Source: Planctopirus limnophila DSM 3776
GTDB lineage: Bacteria > Planctomycetota > Planctomycetia > Planctomycetales > Planctomycetaceae
Length of the DNA stretch: 32,000 nt
Direction of reading: 5' to 3'
NCBI RefSeq assembly: GCF_000092105.1
Contig: NC_014149.1
Coordinates: 1-32,000 of the forward strand
Positions 18,131-25,166 of the stretch are shown here, piece by piece (within the stretch, counting starts at the first letter, position 1; each line of letters starts with the position of its first letter). Under the pieces are notes generated by a model that did not search any database, had not been told where the DNA came from, and saw only the letters and a program-made list of their open reading frames with translations. The translations under genes and the position numbers were made by a program.

Positions 18131-18652
18131 ATGCCTGGAGTGATCTATCTCGACAATGATCTCGATGTTGTCGTCAGGGGTTTGAGACTGGCCGAGGACA
18201 ACTCGCCGATCAATGACGCCGAGTTGTATGTGGCTCTCGGCCGCAAGCTGATTTCTGGAGAAATCACAGCAGCGACGAACGCCACACCGATCGTCATCAC
18301 GAGCGCTGGCCACGGTCTCTCGAACGGTGACTCGGTGGTCATCATGAACGTGGAAGGGAACCTCGCAGCGAATGGTGGCTGGGAGGTTGCCAACGTCACG
18401 ACGAACACCTTCGAGCTGGTCGGCTCTGTGGGGTCCGCCGCGTATGAGGCCAGCGGCGTCTGGTATGCCGGCGTCACTGATGCGATCCACATTCCGCTCG
18501 AGAGTGAACCCGGGGAAGCCGGTCATTACCGCGGCACGATCCCCGGGAGCGTCAACATCAATCGCGGTGAGATGCTCGTGGAGCTGATCTACTGCCGAAA
18601 TTACCAACTGGGCTGGCAGCGCGAACTGCAGGGAAGGATCCGCACACGATGA
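18131..18652 (+). CDS. Virion-associated protein with an FCCH-like beta domain
   Basis: PIVITSAGHGLSNGDSVVIMNVEGNLAANGGWEVANVTTNTFELVGS is a motif seen in many phage structural proteins. Confidence 0.5.
   Translation: MPGVIYLDNDLDVVVRGLRLAEDNSPINDAELYVALGRKLISGEITAATNATPIVITSAGHGLSNGDSVVIMNVEGNLAANGGWEVANVTTNTFELVGSVGSAAYEASGVWYAGVTDAIHIPLESEPGEAGHYRGTIPGSVNINRGEMLVELIYCRNYQLGWQRELQGRIRTR
18249..18266. repeat. Palindrome TGATTTC-N4-GAAATCA, copy 4 (spacer TGGA), inside an ORF
   Basis: Exact arms, translated as L-I-S-G-E-I-T. This is the same reading phase as copy 3. Confidence 0.9.
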
Positions 18653-19029
18653 CCGCAGTGATGTTCAGCCAGGGAGCGGCCCGCAAGATCCGTACGGCGA
18701 CCGAGAGAGTTTTGGGGAAAGGGCCGCCGCCGCCAATCAACAGCACTCGACCTAGCCCGCTGCGTCCCGAGAACCGTTACATGGGGAAGTTCGTCACGTC
18801 CTTGGAGGCTCCGGAGATCGACCCGGAGATTGACCGCATTGTGCCGACGTCGGCCACGTTTCAGGTCTGGCTCCCTGATCCAGAGCAGCCCGACGTGCAG
18901 CTCATCCCCACTGACATCGAAATGCTGGTGTATAACTTCGACCCGAGTCTGACGGCCGAACCCGATATCTTCGGGAAGATCGAATATCTGAATGGCGTCT
19001 GGTCTCCCTATTGGGCCAGTTGCGAGTAA
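18649..19029 (+). CDS. Hypothetical protein
   Basis: ATGA overlap with the upstream gene. Confidence 0.5.
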   Translation: MTAVMFSQGAARKIRTATERVLGKGPPPPINSTRPSPLRPENRYMGKFVTSLEAPEIDPEIDRIVPTSATFQVWLPDPEQPDVQLIPTDIEMLVYNFDPSLTAEPDIFGKIEYLNGVWSPYWASCE

Positions 19030-19041
19030 AGGATTGCTGAG

Positions 19042-20178
19042 ATGGGACGCCCCTGTGCCTGCTGCGGTTGTCGCTGCACCCTCGAAGAGCGAAACGCGAA
19101 CGTCATGGAGGAGACGGATCTCGTCACCTTCCCGGCCTCAATCACCGGTAGCACAATCACAACGGCTGGCAATGAAGAAGATGGCAGTCCTTTCACTTAC
19201 AAATGCAGCAACACGCTTTCGCCAACGAATCATCCACCCAGTAGAGTCTGGACTCACGAGTATGAGACGGGGGCGATTTACAACGGAGCGTTATACGCCA
19301 GTTTTCCCTCGACAATTACCGCAGACCTGGATGGATCAGGATTCACCAGAGGGCCAGTTATCGACCTTGAATTTCTGGCTTCAACTGGCGTTCTTATTCC
19401 GAGCTCATGGGTTCGCTTCGATGGGTTCAGCTTTGGTTTCCCAACTTACACAGCGACTAGTCAATTTGTTTACGGTGGAACTCCAACAGCTATTGTCGCA
19501 GGACAGTTTTTCCCGGAACCGTTTGTTCCTGATGGTCATTCTCGATTGATTGATATTCGATGGGATCAAGCAGAATCGCGACACATCAGTCGAACTTACG
19601 ATGACGAGCCACTGGTTGAAAACTTCAGGTGGCTTTATTCGCAGTTCTATTCTTTCAACTTTACAACAGGTCTCTATGAAACTTCCGGCTCAATGACGAG
19701 CACCAACACTTATAGCCCCACGCTTATCGAAAGTGATGTCACTGACTTTTTCAATGAGTTGCGGCCGCTGGTTAAGCAAGGCGATCAGATTGGATACTTC
19801 GGAGCAGGGCCGACAATACACGCGACAAGCGGCATCTGGTCACGACTGTCAGTGAGCAACGTGTTAAGCGGAACAGTGATTCGCCCGAAAGCAACGCCAA
19901 CAGTCGGAACTGATTTTCTTGGAGCCTGGGAAAACTTCACGCTTGACCTCACGGAAGGAGCAGAACCTATTTATTTCGGACTTGGCTATTTCCGAATTGC
20001 TCCCACTCCAAAACCATTTGTGACTGTAGATATCGGCCCGCCTTCTGGTGGAGGCCCGTACGGTGCTGACACATTCACATTGAACTATTATCTCGACCAT
20101 GTCGTAGAACCCTGGACGTTCACGGACAACTTCGAATGGGACAGTGTCTGCGTCAAGCTGCTTCCCTCTGACGTCTGA
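19042..20178 (+). CDS. Hypothetical distal-tail protein, candidate receptor-binding module (Cys-rich N-terminus CACCGCRC)
   Basis: AAGGA Shine-Dalgarno. It is the last gene of the tail block. It looks more A/T-rich than its flanks by eye. Confidence 0.5.
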   Translation: MGRPCACCGCRCTLEERNANVMEETDLVTFPASITGSTITTAGNEEDGSPFTYKCSNTLSPTNHPPSRVWTHEYETGAIYNGALYASFPSTITADLDGSGFTRGPVIDLEFLASTGVLIPSSWVRFDGFSFGFPTYTATSQFVYGGTPTAIVAGQFFPEPFVPDGHSRLIDIRWDQAESRHISRTYDDEPLVENFRWLYSQFYSFNFTTGLYETSGSMTSTNTYSPTLIESDVTDFFNELRPLVKQGDQIGYFGAGPTIHATSGIWSRLSVSNVLSGTVIRPKATPTVGTDFLGAWENFTLDLTEGAEPIYFGLGYFRIAPTPKPFVTVDIGPPSGGGPYGADTFTLNYYLDHVVEPWTFTDNFEWDSVCVKLLPSDV

Positions 20179-20188
20179 TCGCGCAACA

Positions 20189-20208
20189 GTTGGCCTCATA
20201 ACGGGAGG
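20189..20208. repeat. Inverted-repeat partner of 1-20, containing hairpin GGCCTC-ataacgg-GAGGCC over the recombinase SD
   Basis: GTTGGCCTCATAACGGGAGG. The 6-bp arms are at 20192-20197 and 20205-20210. The GGGAGG Shine-Dalgarno of the 20215 gene lies in the 3' arm. Confidence 0.7.
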
Positions 20209-20214
20209 CCCACT

Positions 20215-21066
20215 GTGCTGCTGGCAGAAGCGATCGATCAATTCCTGAACCATGTTCTCGCGACGCGCAAGCCCGCGACCGAACGTCATTATCGGGAACG
20301 ACTGCAAGGCCTCCGGAAGCTGCACGGTACCAGCTCGATCGACTCACTGACGACATCCTCGATCGAGCAGCATTTCGCTCAGGCCAATCACTGGCCGGAC
20401 GGCAGGCCCAAGGCTCCCGATACCATCCGGGCCAACATCATTGCCTGGGAGCAGCTGCAGGCGTTTCTCCTGCAGGAGCAACTCATTCCGCAGGCGTTGA
20501 CGGGGGCGATCGCCAAGCCTTCTGGGCAGCTCAGGGAACGCCTTCCGACGAAGGATGAGATTGCCAGGATTCTGGCAGCCGCTGTCCCTGCCTTTGCTCT
20601 GATCTACCGGGCCTTGAGATTGTCCGGCTGCCGGCCAAGTGAGTTGGCCAAGGCGACCTTTGCCGACTGGGATCAACGTGAAGGAGTGATCAGCCTGGCT
20701 GACCACAAGACCGCAACGAAGTCGAAACGACCCAGACGCATCGCAGTGGGCGACAAGCTGCTGGAGTATCTGCGATTGGCGATCGGTGACCGCACCGAGG
20801 GGCCGCTCTTCCTGACCAGCCAGGGCAAGCCCTGGACTTCCGCCCGGCTTTCGCAAGAGTTCCGCAGAACACGCGAGCGGGCCGGTCTCTCGAAGGATCT
20901 TGTGCTGTATCTCACAAGACACGAACACGCCACCCAGTTGTGCGAGAAGCTCGATCTCAATGCGGCCGCCGAGGCCTTGGGTCATGCGTCGCTCAACACG
21001 ACCCGACGTTATCTCCACCTCTCAGCCAAGAAGCTGAAGGCCAATCAGGATCTCTTTGAGGAATGA
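20215..21066 (+). CDS. Tyrosine recombinase #1 (XerC/D-like phage integrase family)
   Basis: GTG start 7 nt after GGGAGG. Catalytic pattern: LSGCRPSEL (Arg), HKT (Lys), LTRHEHAT (His-x-x-Arg region), LGHASLNTTRRYLH (His and Tyr). Confidence 0.85.
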   Translation: MLLAEAIDQFLNHVLATRKPATERHYRERLQGLRKLHGTSSIDSLTTSSIEQHFAQANHWPDGRPKAPDTIRANIIAWEQLQAFLLQEQLIPQALTGAIAKPSGQLRERLPTKDEIARILAAAVPAFALIYRALRLSGCRPSELAKATFADWDQREGVISLADHKTATKSKRPRRIAVGDKLLEYLRLAIGDRTEGPLFLTSQGKPWTSARLSQEFRRTRERAGLSKDLVLYLTRHEHATQLCEKLDLNAAAEALGHASLNTTRRYLHLSAKKLKANQDLFEE

Positions 21067-21070
21067 TGTC

Positions 21071-21376
21071 GTGAAGGATTTCCTTTTCTGTTGGCTGATG
21101 AGCTTCATTGTGGGTTTATTGTTTGTAGCCTTCTGGATCGGCTGTTGGCTGTGGGTGTGCGCGATGGATCGTTGGCCAGTTGAAGCAGGCACGATAACGG
21201 TCGCTGTCATACTGGTCGTTGTCTCTTTCCTCATTGCTCTGGCCGTACGAGATCGAGGCGATGAACAGCAGGAACATGAGGATCGCTTTTTGAATTACCA
21301 GCAGCTTTGTGAGCAGCGGAAACAAGAAGGCAAACCACTGCCCCTACCTCCGATGCTTGATCGGACCCAGTGGTGA
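21071..21376 (+). CDS. Small two-TM membrane protein (moron-like; function unknown)
   Basis: Two hydrophobic helices followed by a charged tail. The start is uncertain: GTG 21071, ATG 21098, or the ORF-track TTG 21056. Confidence 0.45.
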   Translation: MKDFLFCWLMSFIVGLLFVAFWIGCWLWVCAMDRWPVEAGTITVAVILVVVSFLIALAVRDRGDEQQEHEDRFLNYQQLCEQRKQEGKPLPLPPMLDRTQW

Positions 21377-21383
21377 AGCCGAC

Positions 21384-21401
21384 TGATTTCCTCAGAAATC
21401 A
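21384..21401. repeat. Palindrome TGATTTC-N4-GAAATCA, copy 5 (spacer CTCA)
   Basis: Exact arms. It starts 7 nt after the stop of the membrane-protein gene. Confidence 0.9.
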
Positions 21402-21418
21402 GTGATTGAAAACAAGGT

Positions 21419-21450
21419 GGCCATGGGGATGCGTCAACACCCCCATGGCC
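21419..21450 (+). terminator. Hairpin GGCCATGGGG-N12-CCCCATGGCC (terminator-like, no U-tract)
   Basis: A 10-bp perfect stem, but no T-run follows it. Confidence 0.3.
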
Positions 21451-21632
21451 TGCAATCCGACCTGATCGCACAGGCCGGCTGCATTCGCCAAAGGAGCGGA
21501 CATGCAGCGGTATCCCTGTGCGCAAAACGTAGGTAAATCAGCAGGCCCGGGCGGTCTGCCACGTGGCCCTCCGGAAAAGATCGATCGACTCGCCGTCGTC
21601 TGGATCGATCATTCCGTTTGTGAGGGTTACCC

Positions 21633-22457
21633 GTGAGAAATCAAATTGTTTGCTGGTTTGGTAGTAAGGCTGCGCTTGCTCCCGAGATCCTTCCCGAGTT
21701 CGGGCCGCACAAGGCCTACTTCGAACCTTTTGCCGGTGGCATGGCGATGCTGTTGAGAAAGCCGCCTTGTCTCCGTGAAACCGTCAACGATCTGCACCAG
21801 GATCTGACCAACCTTGCCAGAGTGCTGGCTCATCCGATTGATGGAGCTGCCCTGTACCGTCGATTGTCACGCATGCTTTGCAACGAGCAGCTCCACCGGG
21901 AATCTCGTGAGCTGCTCGAACAGCCCTTTGAGCCTGGTCTTGAGCGTGCGGTCCACTACTTTTACGTGTCATGGATGGGGAGAATGGGCTCGATCGGAGC
22001 CAGCACCTGCAACTCCATGGCTCATGGTTACAAGACCAGCTCAAACTCTTGTTCGAGGAAGCTGCGAGCGGCGGTCGAGTCAATCAACGCATGGCGGAAG
22101 AGGCTGCGTGATGTGACCATAACAAACCGGGATGCGTTCACCTTGATCGATCAGCTCGGTGACGAGAGCGGTATGTTGATCTATCTCGACCCGCCCTATA
22201 TCGAGAAGAAGGGCAAGTATCATTTCGATCTGCGGCCGGAAGATCACGGACGCTTGGCAGATGCGGTCAAGCGGTTCAAGAAGGCCCGAGTGATTGTGAG
22301 CTATACCGACCATCCACAGCTCGCTCAGCTTTACCCGCCGGATCGATGGACAAAGCGAGTGCTGGTCCACAAATCGCAGACAAACAAGCTGGCCAAACGA
22401 GGGATTGTCAAGCCGCCTGAAGTGCTGCTTATCAACGGGCCATCCCTCTCCGCCTGA
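21633..22457 (+). CDS. dam: Orphan N6-adenine DNA methyltransferase, Dam/D12 class
   Basis: GTG start. Motifs: CWFGSKAAL (like the Dam WAGGK motif), FEPFAGGMAM (motif I) and IYLDPPY (motif IV). No adjacent restriction gene is visible. Confidence 0.85.
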   Translation: MRNQIVCWFGSKAALAPEILPEFGPHKAYFEPFAGGMAMLLRKPPCLRETVNDLHQDLTNLARVLAHPIDGAALYRRLSRMLCNEQLHRESRELLEQPFEPGLERAVHYFYVSWMGRMGSIGASTCNSMAHGYKTSSNSCSRKLRAAVESINAWRKRLRDVTITNRDAFTLIDQLGDESGMLIYLDPPYIEKKGKYHFDLRPEDHGRLADAVKRFKKARVIVSYTDHPQLAQLYPPDRWTKRVLVHKSQTNKLAKRGIVKPPEVLLINGPSLSA

Positions 22458-22517
22458 CGCTTGCCTGATCACTGAACAATTAGCCCAGCAATAAGTTCAG
22501 ACCGTTGCAGAAGATCA

Positions 22518-22564
22518 ACGGACTTTTAATCCGTAGGTCGAGGGTTCGAGTCCCTCCGCTCTCA
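22518..22564 (+). tRNA. 3' fragment of tRNA-Lys(UUU): anticodon arm, variable loop, T-arm and 3' acceptor strand only. Likely att core (attP or prophage junction).
   Basis: ACGGA-CTTTTAA-TCCGT anticodon stem-loop, GAGGG-TTCGAGT-CCCTC T-arm, acceptor CGCTCTC plus discriminator A. No complementary GAGAGCG 5' acceptor strand or D-arm lies upstream. Confidence 0.65.
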
Positions 22565-22714
22565 CTCTCGATCGATCTTTGAAACATCTGATACAGCGAG
22601 GGAATGAGGCCGTGTCCGTCAGGGCCACGGGATGCAGTAGCTGTGCTCTTAGAGCCTGAAAGGCTCCGTTGTTTGGGGCCATTGCATTTTCGAACCTCTT
22701 CCCCCAATGGCTGT

Positions 22715-22751
22715 CACCCCGCCGCTCAGCACCGGCGGGGTGTCTGCTTTT
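22715..22751 (+). terminator. Intrinsic terminator
   Basis: A 10-bp stem CACCCCGCCG/CGGCGGGGTG with an 8-nt loop, followed by TCTGCTTTT. Confidence 0.65.
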
Positions 22752-22905
22752 AGGCCCGGGTAGAACACCGGATTCGTAGTCCGGTGATCTACCAACCCAA
22801 TACAATGGGCAAAATGCGGTGAACAAGCTGGATGTTTACTTGCTGTTCTGAATAGATATGATGGCCTAGCTAAAGGTGCTGTTTTCACTCTTCACTAGGG
22901 CTCAC

Positions 22906-23475
22906 ATGAAAAGACTTTCCGGCTGCGCTGTCGTCTGCTTTCTCGGTCTCGTTGCGTTATGCATCATCCCTGCCATTTTCGCCAAAAGAGGTGGGCCCGC
23001 AACCAACAGAGTCACACCTCAGCCAGTGGGCCCAGCGAAGCCGGTTGATCAGTCGGATGTCAAAGTCATTCCCGGTTTAATGCCAGTGGATATCTACATG
23101 AATCTGACGAAGCAGGGATTCCTGAAACAGGGGCCTGTCGGTAGTCCACCCATGTGGAGACTCACGCGGGAATCAGATGGCGTCAAGATGGACGTGGAGA
23201 TCTTCTCTCCGGGCAGCATGAGCAGCGTGTCGTCGGTCAGAGCATTTTGTTTTTCGCCATCTGGCGTGCGAGTTGACGAGGCTGGGAAAATGCAGTTTCT
23301 CTTTCCTTACCTTGCCACACTTCCCTATCAAGGGGCCGAGCCGATCAAGGCACAAGAGTGGGTCATTGAGCATATGAAAACAGGGGGCGAGACGATCATT
23401 GGCTCGGTCAAGTTTGAGATTCTTGGGGCTGATAATGAGTTTTCACGGAGCCTGAGAATCAGCGTTGTCGAGTAG
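22906..23475 (+). CDS. Secreted or membrane-anchored hypothetical protein (moron-like)
   Basis: MKRLSGCAVVCFLGLVALCIIPAIFA is a signal/anchor sequence. The gene looks lower in GC by eye and is followed by its own strong terminator. The ORF track starts it at 22876. Confidence 0.5.
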   Translation: MKRLSGCAVVCFLGLVALCIIPAIFAKRGGPATNRVTPQPVGPAKPVDQSDVKVIPGLMPVDIYMNLTKQGFLKQGPVGSPPMWRLTRESDGVKMDVEIFSPGSMSSVSSVRAFCFSPSGVRVDEAGKMQFLFPYLATLPYQGAEPIKAQEWVIEHMKTGGETIIGSVKFEILGADNEFSRSLRISVVE

Positions 23476-23496
23476 CATTTCATTTGACGCTGCAGA

Positions 23497-23523
23497 AGCC
23501 GCTCTGACGAGCGGCTTTTTTTA
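23497..23523 (+). terminator. Intrinsic terminator
   Basis: AGCCGCTC-TGAC-GAGCGGCT stem-loop followed by a T7 run. Confidence 0.8.
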
Positions 23524-23756
23524 TTGCTTGACTTTCTTTGGCTCTGATGCTTTGATCATGCCCGCAGTCATCGGACTGCCACCCCGTCGAAAGGGTGAGA
23601 TAAACAACGTTCGACCATGACCTTCTTTGGCGTGCTCTCAGCTCGCCGGGATGCCGCGGCCTGGACGTAGCCTTTTGGTTTTTGTCAGGCCGGTTCCGTT
23701 CCCGTTGTTTCGGAATTTCGACCGGCTCCCGTGTTCCGCCGCTGAGTTTTTGCTGG

Positions 23757-23790
23757 CTACCTACATCGGCAGGCCCGCCCATGTAGGTAG
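23757..23790. repeat. Inverted repeat CTACCTACAT-N14-ATGTAGGTAG
   Basis: Perfect 10-bp arms in the non-coding region upstream of recombinase #2. Confidence 0.8.
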
Positions 23791-23795
23791 ATACC

Positions 23796-23835
23796 CACTA
23801 CGCACGCACAGTCTCAACTCTGTGCGTGCGTAGTG
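23796..23835. repeat. Inverted repeat CACTACGCACGCACAG-TCTCAACT-CTGTGCGTGCGTAGTG (lox/FRT-like architecture)
   Basis: Perfect 16-bp arms around an asymmetric 8-bp spacer, about 215 nt upstream of the ATG 24051 of the tyrosine recombinase. Confidence 0.8.
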
Positions 23836-24050
23836 CCCAGCTTTACCAAGCGGCATGCCGGCAGGTGATGATTCATCTGCACAAGGATGTCGTGCGCTCA
23901 TGCAAATTTTGAGCTATAGATCAGTAGGAGTCAGCTCCTCGCGACTGATCGAGAAGTCACTCACTCAGCCCGTCACGGATGGTCTTTTGGAATCGAGCCG
24001 GGTCGCTCCCGGTGCGGGCATTCCCATGTCCCAGGAAGTCCACGGAAGCC

Positions 24051-25166
24051 ATGCAGAACCAATTCACACTCACACGTTCACGGCCCGAACAGGCCCAGCC
24101 TCCACGCATCTTCAAGCTGGTGATCGACGACGATCAAGTCAGCTATGGAGACGCCCCGTTGTCAATCCATTCCACTCTGCGGGAATGCTTCGAGAAGGCG
24201 GTCTTGCCGGAGATCGAGATTGCCGAATCGACCATCATCGAATACGAGGCGATGCTCAACCACTGGGAACGCATCATGCGAACCGTGGGAGTGGGCACGA
24301 TCGACAAGGCCATGCTCAAGCAGTTTCGCGACCGGCTGGCCGCCGAACGCTGGACGCGATCGAAGCTGGCCAAAGCCACTGGAAAACCTCGATCGGCCGC
24401 CACAGTCAACAAGGTTATGCGGCACCTGAAGGCTGTCGTCATGAAGCTCTTCCCGCCCGACCGGCACAACCCCGAGGGGCTCGGCCTGGTACCGCTCTGC
24501 AAGTTCCCCGGGCGACTGGAGGAGCCTGCGAAGCTGCCCTTCACTTACAGCCGATCAGCGATGTCTGCTCTCTATCGAAATGCTCATGCGGCCAAGCCCG
24601 AGAAGACCACGCGATCGACGCCGCTCTATCGACCGGAGCTGTGGCAGCTGGCGATTGTGCTGGGCTTTGGCACTGGCCCGCGATCGTGGGACCTGCTCTC
24701 AATGACGTGGGATCGCATTGGCTGGGAGGATTTCAAGTATGGGTCGATCAGCTTCAAGGCTCAGAAGACAAAGAAGCTGCAACGCATCCCACTGAGTCAG
24801 GTCGCACGCCGGCATCTGGAAATGGTCCGCGACCTGCAGCTGCACGAGAGCGAGATCTTCCCCATGTTCCGCAAGACCAATCGCAGTGTCTATCGCTGCT
24901 GGCGACGGATCTGCCTGGCTGCTGGACTGATCTCACCCGAGGGCCGCAATGCTCACTTCGAGGATTTGCGCAAGACCTGCTCGACAGCCTACGACGACAT
25001 CTCGCCGGGAGTCGGTCCCTGGATTACGGGTCACGAGCTGCAGGGGGTCAACGCCAAGAATTACCAGAACCCCACGAAGCGCGTGTTGAAGGCAGTGAAG
25101 CAACTCAAACAACCGCTGGCATTTCGCGAAGGAGCCGGGCTGCTGAAGCCAACCACGCCCGAATGA
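24051..25166 (+). CDS. int: Tyrosine recombinase #2 (phage integrase family)
   Basis: ATG 24051 follows a GGAAG Shine-Dalgarno, although the ORF is open from 23979. It has an N-terminal SAM-like domain (YEAMLNHWERIM...LKQFRDRL). The C-terminal motifs are FEDLRKTCST and ITGHELQGVNAKNYQN, which supply the His and Tyr. Confidence 0.8.
   Translation: MQNQFTLTRSRPEQAQPPRIFKLVIDDDQVSYGDAPLSIHSTLRECFEKAVLPEIEIAESTIIEYEAMLNHWERIMRTVGVGTIDKAMLKQFRDRLAAERWTRSKLAKATGKPRSAATVNKVMRHLKAVVMKLFPPDRHNPEGLGLVPLCKFPGRLEEPAKLPFTYSRSAMSALYRNAHAAKPEKTTRSTPLYRPELWQLAIVLGFGTGPRSWDLLSMTWDRIGWEDFKYGSISFKAQKTKKLQRIPLSQVARRHLEMVRDLQLHESEIFPMFRKTNRSVYRCWRRICLAAGLISPEGRNAHFEDLRKTCSTAYDDISPGVGPWITGHELQGVNAKNYQNPTKRVLKAVKQLKQPLAFREGAGLLKPTTPE

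Noticed and set aside
15650-20178. A diversity-generating retroelement or tail-fibre invertase shufflon.
   Set aside because: No reverse transcriptase ORF, no template/variable repeat pair and no alternative fibre C-terminal cassettes are visible. The only inverted-repeat partner of the site next to recombinase #1 is 20 kb away, not within the fibre genes.
22492-22564. A possible full-length tRNA-Lys.
   Set aside because: The 73 nt ending at the discriminator base contain no 5' acceptor strand complementary to CGCTCTC and no D-arm. Only the 3' ~47 nt fold as tRNA.
22759-22793. A minus-strand hairpin resembling a tRNA-Arg(ACG) anticodon arm (CCGGA-CTACGAA-TCCGG).
   Set aside because: There is no T-arm (no GTTCGA-type loop), no D-arm and no acceptor stem around it. 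It is a simple extended hairpin.
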